A stretch of 41,236 nucleotides of DNA from the IMG/VR virus record IMGVR_UViG_3300005573_000154, positions 1-41,236 of that record; one strand, 5' to 3'. Both the position numbers and the translations under genes were made by a program. Positions 17,351 to 26,642 of the stretch are shown here, piece after piece (within the stretch, counting starts at the first letter, position 1; every line of letters starts with the position of its first letter). The notes under the pieces are model-generated. The model was not told where the DNA came from, did not search any database, and saw only the letters and a list, made by a program, of their open reading frames with translations.

Positions 17351-18310
17351 TGCGAGCTGGAAAACTTAGTGAGCTGTATGATGTAGCGAGCTACTCTTAA
17401 CAGTGAGCTAGATAGATGAGCGAGCTTAGGAAGAGAGTGAGCTGGATTAGGAAGCGAGCTTGAGAATTAAGGGAGCTTAATGCCAGAGCGAGCTTCTTCT
17501 AAAAGTGAGCTGGAACACATAGCGAGCTGGAAAGAAAAGTGAGCTACGCACGAAAGCGAGCTGGACTGTGAAGTGAGCTAAGTCTTTGGGCGAGCTTAAA
17601 ATCGGAGTGAGCTACGGGTTCCAGCGAGCATACCCCTGAAGTGAGCAACCTATCTGAGCGAGCTGATTTTTTAAGTGAGCTATGAGGCATAGCGAGCTAA
17701 ATTGTCCAGTGAGCTGAAGAGAAGAGCGAGCTGGTGGGTGAAGTGAGCTACAATATTTAGCGAGCTTTTTCTGAAAGTGAGCTGGAACACGGAACGAGCT
17801 ACAAGACGGAGTGAACTGCATTGTGTAGCGAGCTAGGATGATGAGTGAGCTGTTCATTGAAGCGAGCTGAGGAATAAAGTGAGCTATCTACTCAAGCGAG
17901 CCACGATAATGAGTGAGCAACCCTCGGGAGCGAGCTGAATGGCTTAGTGAGCAAATAGGTATAGCGAGCTGAGACGATAAGTGAGCTGGGACATAAAGCG
18001 AGCTGAAATAAAAAGTGAGCTAAATAAAAAAGCGAGCTATGAAATCTAGTGAGCTGTGGATTGAAGCGAGCTGTGAGCTTGAGGGAGCTACCAATACAAG
18101 CGAGCTGGAATCGTGAGGAAGCTAGGGGGAATAGCGAGCTTAAAATCTGAGTGAGCTGGAGTCTATAGCGAGCTTTGAATAAAAGTGAGCTACCTCAAGA
18201 AGCGAGCTATATGAAAGAGTGAGCTGGAGGAATGAGCGAGCTGAAATAGAAAGTGAGCTACGCAATAAAGCGAGCTTGAGAAGAAAGTGAGCTATCCCGT
18301 CAAGCGAGCT
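17351..18310 (+). ncRNA. TIGR-type tandem interspaced guide RNA array: 28 units of 34 nt (AGCGAGCT-N9-AGTGAGCT-N9)
   Basis: 57 8-nt repeats at an exact 17-nt period from 17351 to 18303, alternating AGCGAGCT / AGTGAGCT with a few variants; 56 distinct 9-nt spacers; adjacent to the Nop/IS110-like gene. Confidence 0.92.
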
Positions 18311-18331
18311 GAATGGGAAAAAATATGGGGG

Positions 18332-18637
18332 TTAGATGTCTATGAACTGGTATTTGCCTTTGACCCTCATGAATGCTTTTGGCTTGACCTTGTATTCTCC
18401 TTCAAGGGCTTTGAGGTCTTTGAATCTTTCCGCTAGCCTGCTTTGATCCGCTGGGGCGTCTTCCTGTTTTACCTGTATCAGCCATATCTCCTTGTTTTCG
18501 GGGAATATTGCTATGATGTCTGCTGGGCCTAGGCTTCGGCTACTTCTTATGACAAGTGCCCCCATCTCCCTTAGCTTTTCACGGCAGAAGTGTTCCACCT
18601 GGTAGCCCTTCTTGTATGGCGTGGTTTTCTGGCTCAT
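18332..18637 (-). CDS. hjc: Archaeal Holliday junction resolvase (PD-(D/E)XK)
   Basis: KGYQVE...G..VIRS..S.GPADIIA...LIQVK; a typical rudiviral gene. Confidence 0.88.
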   Translation of the reverse strand: MSQKTTPYKKGYQVEHFCREKLREMGALVIRSSRSLGPADIIAIFPENKEIWLIQVKQEDAPADQSRLAERFKDLKALEGEYKVKPKAFMRVKGKYQFIDI

Positions 18638-18643
18638 GGGCGG

Positions 18644-19075
18644 CTATCGCCCCAGCATCTGGACGTATTTTGCACGTGCTACTCCTAGGGCGCCTAGGAC
18701 TCGTAGGATCACGAAGTTGGCCAGCTTCCTGTTTTTCTCGATGTAGCTCTTGGGGATGTAGAATGCCTGTTCCTCGAGGTCAATGTATATTGGGATTCGG
18801 TCTCTTACCTTCTTCCTCTTTCCGTCGGGCGTGATTATGTAGCTCTTCCTCGTGATCACGTAGTATTCTTTTCCTTCTACTTTTACCTTCTTGAGCATGA
18901 AGTTTTTGTCGGGGAACCTTGTCTGCAGACTCTTGACATATTGCTGTATCCGATCTAGATCTACTCTTGCATTGGGTATCCTTACAACTTCGAAGAGAGC
19001 ATCGTATCTACTGTGATTGGACTTTCCCATTACCGTGATGTCGGCGTATTCATCGAAGATCCGCACCAGCCGCAT
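18644..19075 (-). CDS. Basic hypothetical protein
   Basis: GGGGTGA RBS; co-oriented with hjc. Confidence 0.8.
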   Translation of the reverse strand: MRLVRIFDEYADITVMGKSNHSRYDALFEVVRIPNARVDLDRIQQYVKSLQTRFPDKNFMLKKVKVEGKEYYVITRKSYIITPDGKRKKVRDRIPIYIDLEEQAFYIPKSYIEKNRKLANFVILRVLGALGVARAKYVQMLGR

Positions 19076-19093
19076 CCATCATCACCCCCGGGG

Positions 19094-19282
19094 CTATCTT
19101 ACCTTATGCCTCTCCACGTATTCCTTTAACGCCTCATTTATGACCAGCCAGATAGTCCTTACTGGTGTTCCATACTTGAAGGCGGCGATCAGGGCTAGCT
19201 CCCGGTAAACATCACTGTCTATCATGACGTGTTTCCTGACGTATTTTGCCTTGTCTTTTTGGGCAACTTTCTGAGCCGGCAT
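19094..19282 (-). CDS. RHH DNA-binding protein (similar to 15802-15987)
   Basis: KHVMIDSDVYREL...INEALKEYV. Confidence 0.85.
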   Translation of the reverse strand: MPAQKVAQKDKAKYVRKHVMIDSDVYRELALIAAFKYGTPVRTIWLVINEALKEYVERHKVR

Positions 19283-19620
19283 GCCTCAATCACCCTATGG
19301 GTATTATGGTTATTGTGCTATTTAAGCAATACGCCAATAAGTGATGGAAGTAATACCCATATGGGCGCCATAATTGTTCAAGGGTCTTGAGGTATGATCA
19401 AGTCCCTATACTTTAGCAGTGCCTCCACACCATACCACCTTATCATCTGATTCACGAATAGCCAAACATCCCTCATGGGAAGCCTTACCCTACCCAACCC
19501 ATCAACCACCTCATGGGATTTATGGTTATTGTGTTATTTAATCATTACCTGTATCGGTGCTAGAACTACACGTGTAATCCCACGCATGAAACAAAAAAAT
19601 AAAGAGGGGGGTTTTAGTTG

Positions 19621-20046
19621 CTAGAGGACTTCGTATAGTTCGGGGGTTATCATCTTGATTAGCTTGTTGGCTAGGAAGGCGTCAAACCATTTCTTGACCG
19701 TCCTGTCATCGGGGCCTCTGACGTTTGCTATCGCCATCAGGATATGCTTGCGGGGGATTTGCTGGCCGGGTATTATCGCTATGTATCCAAGATGCTCCTC
19801 TAGGAACTTCCTAACCTCTGCGAAGACCCTTCCAACCTTGGGCTGGGGGTTGGCCGCATTCAAAAGTTTGTGCGCTTCTTGCGTGTGCTGGGCGATCCAT
19901 ACCTTCATTGCCTGCTCGATCTCATGGCTCAAAACCCCGTGAAATCTGCCGTATTTCTGGAAAGCTACCCGCCTAAACTCCTCTAACACCTTCTTATCCA
20001 CATAGACATATATACCGGCTTTATTGGGAGGAAGCCTCGGCATCAT
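19621..20046 (-). CDS. RHH domain fused to a probable winged-helix domain
   Basis: IYVYVDKKVLEEFRR...LSHEIEQAM; C-terminal DDRTVKKWFDAFLANKLIK. Confidence 0.75.
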   Translation of the reverse strand: MMPRLPPNKAGIYVYVDKKVLEEFRRVAFQKYGRFHGVLSHEIEQAMKVWIAQHTQEAHKLLNAANPQPKVGRVFAEVRKFLEEHLGYIAIIPGQQIPRKHILMAIANVRGPDDRTVKKWFDAFLANKLIKMITPELYEVL

Positions 20047-20468
20047 TGTTCACCTCGGATACTAGTAAACTTTCACGGATACTAGTGCTATATGATACAT
20101 ATATATATACATTTCTATCAAGAAAGTTAGAGTAGAGTTCAAAAAAATTAGAGATAAATAAGGCTTATGCAAAAACCTTATTATCAGAAGGGGTGGCGAA
20201 GCCTTATGGGGCGGGGGCACCCACGCACGCAAAATGCACACATTTTTTTGTGCTGTAACGTAGCCTCAAGCCTCTTATAACTACACGTGTAGTTACTCCC
20301 TATCTTCTTCAACGGCCCTAGCGAAGCTGAAGCCATCCACAGCTTTTGGCCTTAACCTGAACGTTAGCATCAGCCACACGAGGAACCTGACCTTAAGCCT
20401 CTCCAGCCTCTCCCCTATCCGCATCACGCATCAGGCATAATAACGACCAATATATTTCTATTAACGAT

Positions 20469-20645
20469 ATGAGCAGGGCTGAGCTTATCGCATACATCGT
20501 CCTCATGGCCATGTTCCTGATCACGGTAATCATGTTGCTGGTCTTCTTGGGCCAGATGATAAACCTGCTAAACAAGTGCCTAGACCAGCCATGCACATGC
20601 TTCCAATGGCCCTCAAATATACTGTGCTACAATATTACAAGGTGA
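20469..20645 (+). CDS. Small membrane protein with Cys-rich tail (58 aa, not in ORF track)
   Basis: Translates to MSRAELIAYIVLMAMFLITVIMLLVFLGQMINLLNKCLDQPCTCFQWPSNILCYNITR. Its stop lies in the GGTGA RBS of the next gene. Confidence 0.6.
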   Translation: MSRAELIAYIVLMAMFLITVIMLLVFLGQMINLLNKCLDQPCTCFQWPSNILCYNITR

Positions 20646-20652
20646 ATCACAC

Positions 20653-21294
20653 GTGAATATCAAGGAGCTGATAGACAGGTCAATGACAAACAGGGCTAAC
20701 GAGAGGCCCCTTGAATACGCCTTCGCATGGTCTTGCCTAGCGCCGCTCCTACTAGTCCCAGAGAAGCATAGGAGGAGGATCAGGATTCTGGATGTTGGAG
20801 GGGCTGACAGCCTGCTATCTAAAACCCTAGCCAACCTGGGCTTCGACACAACCGTAATAGACATAAACCCCGTAGATCACGGCAAGGCGAAATACATATG
20901 CGCCAACATCCTCACATACGACTTTCCCGAGCAGTCATTCGACATCATAATAGCCATCTCAACGATAGAACACATTGGCCTACAATGCTACGGCCAAGAC
21001 ATACAAGACCCGGACGGAGACATCAAGACGATGGAGAAGATCCACAGGTGGCTGAGAAACGGCGGCCTAGCAATAATAACCCTACCATACGGAAAACCAC
21101 ACCACCCGCCAACCTTCGAACGAACCTATAACAAGGACACCCTCAAAGACAGGATACTCAGACACGGATGGAACATCCTAAGGCTGGAATACACGTGTAA
21201 TAACGGGACATGGAGACAATGCCTAGAACAAGAAGCAAACACACATGATGCCGCAGTCCTAATGCTCCTCCAGAAACACAATGCTTATAAATGA
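20653..21294 (+). CDS. Class I SAM-dependent methyltransferase
   Basis: ILDVGGA, VIDIN, FDIIIAISTIEH and LRNGG motifs. Confidence 0.9.
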   Translation: MNIKELIDRSMTNRANERPLEYAFAWSCLAPLLLVPEKHRRRIRILDVGGADSLLSKTLANLGFDTTVIDINPVDHGKAKYICANILTYDFPEQSFDIIIAISTIEHIGLQCYGQDIQDPDGDIKTMEKIHRWLRNGGLAIITLPYGKPHHPPTFERTYNKDTLKDRILRHGWNILRLEYTCNNGTWRQCLEQEANTHDAAVLMLLQKHNAYK

Positions 21295-22154
21295 TCACGA
21301 GTAAAATGGCCATGAACACCATGAGGCGGGAAATACCAATACTGTTCTGCATAATCCTATTAGCCTTCTCGATGATCGTCCCGGCATTCGCCGCCAAGAC
21401 GATGCAAATAGAAGTTGAGACCCACAGGGAGTTCGTCAGCCCATATACGGGCGAGGTTGAGAGACACGCATCATTCTACGCATTAACGGGAGACCATATC
21501 CAATGGTGGACTGGCGGAGCAGTCTTCATCTACAACGTAAATGGAACCGAGGCCAAGGCCAAGATACAGAACTTCACCCAAAGCCTAGTAAAGCTCCTAA
21601 AGGACATAGGATTCATCATCGTAGCCGGAACGGTTAAACCAGTATATGCCAAGATAGTATATGTATATGAAGGCGTGATAGAATACGAGGGATTCTACTT
21701 CGTGGACGACAATGGCTCAATAGTGGTAGAATGGGCGGAGGGGAAGCCGCTCACAATAACAATCACGGCAAAGGCCACGATCAACGCCAGCACAGCAACA
21801 TATGCAGGCCGAGCTGACTGGGCCGAGGTAAAGGTTCCAGGAGGAAAGGCATACATAACCCCGAAGCTAGAAATACCATTACCAGACAAGCCGATACAAG
21901 TCCTAGTAATCCCACGTGAAGGATTCACCGGAATAACAACAGAGGTCAGCAACTATTACCATAACGAGACCAGAACATACATGCTCGGAGGAGGCCCAGA
22001 AGTCTTCACCATAGAGCCATCACCGGCTGGATGGACGCTCCACGACTCGCCGACATTCTGGGGCAAATACCCCGCCTTGAAAATCCTCTATGACGAAGAA
22101 GGCAGACACGTCCTCCTAATTGACTGGTTCTGGCACTCCGAAGTCCCAATATAA
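21291..22154 (+). CDS. Secreted/surface protein with signal peptide
   Basis: RRE + hydrophobic core + AFA cleavage-like site; beta-rich mature part with N-x-T/S sequons. Confidence 0.75.
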   Translation: MITSKMAMNTMRREIPILFCIILLAFSMIVPAFAAKTMQIEVETHREFVSPYTGEVERHASFYALTGDHIQWWTGGAVFIYNVNGTEAKAKIQNFTQSLVKLLKDIGFIIVAGTVKPVYAKIVYVYEGVIEYEGFYFVDDNGSIVVEWAEGKPLTITITAKATINASTATYAGRADWAEVKVPGGKAYITPKLEIPLPDKPIQVLVIPREGFTGITTEVSNYYHNETRTYMLGGGPEVFTIEPSPAGWTLHDSPTFWGKYPALKILYDEEGRHVLLIDWFWHSEVPI

Positions 22155-22184
22155 CCCTGAAACCCTCTTATTTTTTTATGTGTT

Positions 22185-22493
22185 TCAGAATAATCCTTTG
22201 CCCCTAGCCCCTGATAAGGCCCTCATCCTAAGGCCCTCGATCTTAATCGCCCTAACAAGGTCATCAACAATCAGCTCAACCCTATCCCTAATATCCTCCT
22301 CAAGCAGATCCGGCATGGTATATGATACAACAGTCCTAACCACATCCGCTAGATCACGCCTGAGGTCATCCTCACCTATCCTGCCGTGAGTATAGAGGTC
22401 TGCTAGTAGCTTTATCGTGGCCGCAACATCAACCTTAGCCCTCGGATCATCAATGCCAGCAATCAACGCCTGAACCTTAGCCATCAACACCAT
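22185..22493 (-). CDS. Helical protein, possibly the conserved small rudiviral gene near the MCP
   Basis: Size, helical pattern and divergent position upstream of the MCP recall a rudiviral core gene; unverified. Confidence 0.6.
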   Translation of the reverse strand: MVLMAKVQALIAGIDDPRAKVDVAATIKLLADLYTHGRIGEDDLRRDLADVVRTVVSYTMPDLLEEDIRDRVELIVDDLVRAIKIEGLRMRALSGARGKGLF

Positions 22494-22506
22494 GCCCCAT
22501 CACCCC

Positions 22507-22677
22507 CTAATCGAACACCTTTACCACAGCCCCGCACTCGGGGCACTGGAACCCCTCAATAACCTTAACAACCGCACTCATAAGTATATCCTCCTTCCTA
22601 ACCCCAGTCCTCTGCTCCAGCTCATTAAGCTTCTCCCAAACCCTGATCGGAACAACGATCTCAAGCTTCATGGACAT
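22507..22677 (-). CDS. Small RHH protein with CPECG motif (56 aa, not in ORF track)
   Basis: Translates to MSMKLEIVVPIRVWEKLNELEQRTGVRKEDILMSAVVKVIEGFQCPECGAVVKVFD; GGGTGA RBS. Confidence 0.7.
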   Translation of the reverse strand: MSMKLEIVVPIRVWEKLNELEQRTGVRKEDILMSAVVKVIEGFQCPECGAVVKVFD

Positions 22678-22689
22678 GCCCCATCACCC

Positions 22690-23355
22690 TTATACCTTGA
22701 CACCGCCCCGGGCTGACATAAATTTCAGGATTATATGCGCCCCAGCCCTAAGGGCCTTCGGATCAGTATTAGGCTTCCTCTCCCATATCTTAAGCTCCTC
22801 CTCAGCTATAGCCGTCCACCGGCTCACAGACTCCTTCTTAAGCCTCTGATAAAGATGCAACATGAACCTTAAGACGGTCAACCTCTTATCCCCGGTAAAG
22901 CCAAAAGCATCACAGACATAGCGGGAAAGCGTCTCAATATACGCCCTATCATACCAGAACTGCTCATAAGCCTTTTGAGCATCTTCCGATAGCTCCCTCC
23001 CCCGCTTCCTCCACCATTTCTCATACTTTAACTTAGCTCTTTCTATAATCCTCATCTCATTCTCCGCCAAAAGGATATGACTATAAATCCACCTATCCTT
23101 TATGCTCTGAAATGTAATCGGCTCATCACCAAGCTTCACGATCTCATTATAGTATAAGAAAGGCTTTCTTTCATACAATACAGTAAAAGGCAGTAGCCTT
23201 ACATCTCTATTCCCAGTTGACATCTGCTGAGACTCCTGTATCTCGTCTTGGGGATTATTTCCTTCACCAGATTGAGCATCATCTCCCTTAACGCTATTAC
23301 CATTCATCCCCTTTGCATCTTTGCTATTTTTCGCACTCTCCTTCGCCAAAGTCAT
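22690..23355 (-). CDS. Protein with disordered N-terminus and a possible C-terminal MCP-like helical domain
   Basis: KYEKW...VCDAFGFTGDKR..VLRFMLHLY...NTDPKALRA aligns by eye with the MCP (YLDSKGITGGVRALYLAFALKLW...GLDTTLL). Confidence 0.65.
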   Translation of the reverse strand: MTLAKESAKNSKDAKGMNGNSVKGDDAQSGEGNNPQDEIQESQQMSTGNRDVRLLPFTVLYERKPFLYYNEIVKLGDEPITFQSIKDRWIYSHILLAENEMRIIERAKLKYEKWWRKRGRELSEDAQKAYEQFWYDRAYIETLSRYVCDAFGFTGDKRLTVLRFMLHLYQRLKKESVSRWTAIAEEELKIWERKPNTDPKALRAGAHIILKFMSARGGVKV

Positions 23356-23489
23356 ACCTCAACACTAGAGAATATTATAGCGAAGTATATAAAGATAATG
23401 CTGGCACCCACATTGAAACCCCTGCATCGCAAGATTTAAAAGCTGGTATTACGTGCCTACACATGCAGGTAAAGGGGTGAGGTAGGGAG

Positions 23490-23867
23490 ATGCCGCTCTA
23501 CCGAGACGGCATAATGATGTTCGAGAAGTATTCGAAGAAGTATAACCCGACGGTAATCGGCACCAGGTTCACGGATGTCCAGGCCACAGCGCTAGCGAGG
23601 GCTCAGGCAGGCCTCAACAAGGTTGACACCATCAGGTCAATGGTCAGGGACTACCTAGACTCCAAGGGGATCACGGGCGGCGTCAGGGCGCTCTACCTGG
23701 CGTTCGCCCTGAAGCTGTGGGCCCACGTTGAGAGGCAGGGAAACACCGCATCCAACAAGATTGCAGACGGCCTAATCGCCTACTTCAACAAGGCCTACGG
23801 GCTTGATACTACGCTACTCACCGACATCGCCAACGCAATCATCGTGAAGCCATCGGCTACACCGTAA
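23490..23867 (+). CDS. Major capsid protein, SIRV2/Adnaviria fold
   Basis: KYSKKYNPTV, GITGGVRALYLAFALKL and GLIAYFNKAYGLDTTLL match the SIRV2 MCP pattern (NPTV...GITGPNRAIYQGFGLKV...GLKGYYISAFNANPQVL). Strong RBS and terminator. Confidence 0.9.
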   Translation: MPLYRDGIMMFEKYSKKYNPTVIGTRFTDVQATALARAQAGLNKVDTIRSMVRDYLDSKGITGGVRALYLAFALKLWAHVERQGNTASNKIADGLIAYFNKAYGLDTTLLTDIANAIIVKPSATP

Positions 23868-23918
23868 AACAGCCAACCAGCTCACATCTTTTAAATTCCC
23901 CCTTTTTCTTTTTTTCTG

Positions 23919-25007
23919 ATGAACGGGAGACCGGTAGTATATTACATCTACCCAACCACGAAATGGGTCTCCTTCAGGATAATAGCCGAGGAACATATAA
24001 GACAGATACAAAAACAGTTTTACGTCCAGAAGGTTGATGAGACGGCCCTAGCAACAATACTACCGATAGCATCAATATCAGCCAAATCAGTCATATTCCT
24101 CCACCCATACTTCTATCCGATACAGGTCTATGAGAGGAGGCTTTTTTCAAGGATCGGAAAAATAGGCAACCTCATAGGGGTAGATGTTGCGGACACGGAT
24201 CATATGACAGAGATAGCCGTAAGGCTAACGGGATACGCAACAGCCATGATAGTCCCATCAAACTTCTCAGGGAAAACATATGTAGAGTCAGGGGTAAAGA
24301 CGCCAGTCCACGTGATTCCACATGGAGTCCACGAGTCATACATTGATGCAGAGCCATCAAAGCCCAACATATTCAAGGCCCTCCACGACTACAAGGCTAT
24401 GACGAAGAAGAAGCTGATGCAGATATGGGTCTTACACAGCTCATACCGCAAGGGCGAAGACCTCGCATACAAGATCTTCAACATACTCGTTAAAGAAAGG
24501 ATGGACGTAGCCCTAGTCGTCAGAAGACCACTAAGCATAGACCTATACGACTCCCCAATAAACCCCGAAAAGCTAACGCCAAAGATAACAATAGGCAAAT
24601 CATACCTCACGGATGAGGAGATAAAGGAGCTGATGGACATATGCGACATCTTCCTCCTAGCAAGCAGGGGAGGAGGCTTCGAACACCCACCCCTACTGGG
24701 AATGGCCAGGGGTGAGATAGTCATAGCGGCCAAGGGAGGAGCATGGGAGGACTACATGCCGGAATGGGGCCTAGTCCAATCACAGAAAAGCGAAACAGTC
24801 CTGCCCGGAAACCCGATACACGACGGCAGGGGAGTAGAAATGATAGCCGACAACGCAGTAGCAAAGATCTACGAAATACTAAACAACATGGACGAATACA
24901 AGGCGAAAATCAAAGAACACGTAGAAAAACACGTAAAACCAAACTTCACATGGGATAAAATAGGCCAAAAGCTCAGAGAGCTGACAGCAAGATATTTACA
25001 CATGTAG
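23919..25007 (+). CDS. GT-B (family 4) glycosyltransferase
   Basis: IVPS, VIPHG, RKGED and SRGGGFEHPPLLGMARG motifs; adjacent to the MCP as in rudiviruses. Confidence 0.9.
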   Translation: MNGRPVVYYIYPTTKWVSFRIIAEEHIRQIQKQFYVQKVDETALATILPIASISAKSVIFLHPYFYPIQVYERRLFSRIGKIGNLIGVDVADTDHMTEIAVRLTGYATAMIVPSNFSGKTYVESGVKTPVHVIPHGVHESYIDAEPSKPNIFKALHDYKAMTKKKLMQIWVLHSSYRKGEDLAYKIFNILVKERMDVALVVRRPLSIDLYDSPINPEKLTPKITIGKSYLTDEEIKELMDICDIFLLASRGGGFEHPPLLGMARGEIVIAAKGGAWEDYMPEWGLVQSQKSETVLPGNPIHDGRGVEMIADNAVAKIYEILNNMDEYKAKIKEHVEKHVKPNFTWDKIGQKLRELTARYLHM

Positions 25008-25040
25008 GATCACCCCATTATATGGGGGAGGAGGAAAAAG

Positions 25041-26360
25041 ATGGCAACATCAGACCAGATACTCAAGAAGCAGAAATACTTTGAGAAGACGCTATCGCAG
25101 AGCGCAATCTACGCAATATACCTCAGGCACCTGGACACGGCACCCCTATTCGCAGAGAACATCTGGTTCCAGATACCGGTCTTCGACCTATCAGCGCTAG
25201 GGCTAGGCCTCCTATACAATATACTCCCAATAGAGTTCCTGCCATTCCCAATAGACTTCCAATACCAGTCGCCCACAGCTGAAGAGACGCTACAAGGCAT
25301 ATGGGCCAACTTCGTTCCAGTTGAATTCGCTAGGATGTATATCTGGATGACCGACTACCGTGAATACATCCTAGAAAACATGAAGGAGGAATATCAATTC
25401 GACATGATAATGGAGTCCCCGAAGAAGGCCGTCTATGGCAAGACGCTATACGCCAAGGGCATATATGACCCGCCAGTCCAGAGAGAATTCCTCAGGAGCA
25501 CATTCATGAGGCTAAGGTTGCTCAGGAAGCCAGACGTATCATACCGAGACATGCTTAAAGACCTAGCAGAATACCTGAGGATGGCTGGGGTCACGGATGA
25601 ACACGTGTGGAACAGGCTGATGCTGATATACGCCGCCCAGACACAGGCATTTGTCCTCGGGCTAAGCCCACTGGGGGTGGGCAGGCTATCCAGAAGGGAT
25701 GGAGACATGGCGGTTGTAACGATAATGGATGCACGTGGAAACATAGTTGACGTAAGGTTCAGGACTCTAGACCACAACCAAATAGGATTCATACTCGGCC
25801 TAACGCCCCTAGGATACGGCTACCTCCTCCCCCGTGACGAAAGCATATACAAGATGCCCGATGGAAAGAAGAACCCGCAGATCATAGACATAATCAAGAA
25901 GAAGATCAGGGGAATGAGGGATAGATACGTGCTAACAACCTTCGCCTACACCAACTACCACCCCGCCCAAGAGATGTCAGACTACCACAAGAGCCTCAAA
26001 ACAGCGCAATACGACACTCTCCAAACATATAGATCCATGATAGAGGACTGGGTTGCACGCCAAATACCGCCCGATGAGGCAAACCCGGCCAGAATAAGAC
26101 ACTACCAGAACGCAGTCCTCCAGCTCATATCATGGCGGGCGAAGCGCCATAGGTGGGGCTGGGAGGGCTGGAAGGCCATGACCGAGGACGAATTCAGGGA
26201 CTGGTGGCTCGGATACTGGAAACAGCAAGGCTTAAATCAGTCTGTGCTAAGGAATTTATACGAGGGAATAGAGCCTTGGCTGAGGAAGCTCCGAGAAGGA
26301 AAGCTAGAATTAGGAGAGAGGGTGAAGAGGCTGAGGCGGACGTTAGCCCGGCTGATGTAG
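25041..26360 (+). CDS. Probable minor structural protein
   Basis: In the structural operon; internal repeat (FVLGLSPLG / FILGLTPLG); C-terminal helical region weakly MCP-like. Confidence 0.7.
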   Translation: MATSDQILKKQKYFEKTLSQSAIYAIYLRHLDTAPLFAENIWFQIPVFDLSALGLGLLYNILPIEFLPFPIDFQYQSPTAEETLQGIWANFVPVEFARMYIWMTDYREYILENMKEEYQFDMIMESPKKAVYGKTLYAKGIYDPPVQREFLRSTFMRLRLLRKPDVSYRDMLKDLAEYLRMAGVTDEHVWNRLMLIYAAQTQAFVLGLSPLGVGRLSRRDGDMAVVTIMDARGNIVDVRFRTLDHNQIGFILGLTPLGYGYLLPRDESIYKMPDGKKNPQIIDIIKKKIRGMRDRYVLTTFAYTNYHPAQEMSDYHKSLKTAQYDTLQTYRSMIEDWVARQIPPDEANPARIRHYQNAVLQLISWRAKRHRWGWEGWKAMTEDEFRDWWLGYWKQQGLNQSVLRNLYEGIEPWLRKLREGKLELGERVKRLRRTLARLM

Positions 26361-26392
26361 CGCCAGTAAGGCCTCAATCAATAATACAGACA

Positions 26393-26629
26393 ATGCCACA
26401 GCCCGTTGCGACACAGCAACCCGTCATCGCCCCAGACATACGTGACGAGCTAACAACCCTAATACAAGACCTGCTCCTAAAAACACATGAGCTAAGCTTC
26501 GAATATTCGACAATGGAATGCGAGGATCTGAGCGCATGCCCACTTGGAAAGAAGTGCAAGGAGCTATTCAAGATCGTTAAGAGGCTCAATGAGGTCGTCA
26601 GGAAGGCGACGCCGCCCCCAGTAGGATGA
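26393..26629 (+). CDS. Small Cys-containing helical protein (start uncertain)
   Basis: CEDLSACPLGKKC. The upstream part of the track ORF overlaps the previous gene. Confidence 0.6.
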   Translation: MPQPVATQQPVIAPDIRDELTTLIQDLLLKTHELSFEYSTMECEDLSACPLGKKCKELFKIVKRLNEVVRKATPPPVG

Positions 26630-26642
26630 ACGGTGGGGTGAG

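Noticed and set aside
17612-17857. 81-aa minus-strand ORF inside the array
   Set aside because: Chance reading frame across the non-coding repeats.
17351-18310. CRISPR array or simple minisatellite
   Set aside because: Repeats (8 nt) and spacers (9 nt) are far too short for CRISPR, two repeats alternate, and no cas operon is present. Spacers are all different, unlike a VNTR.
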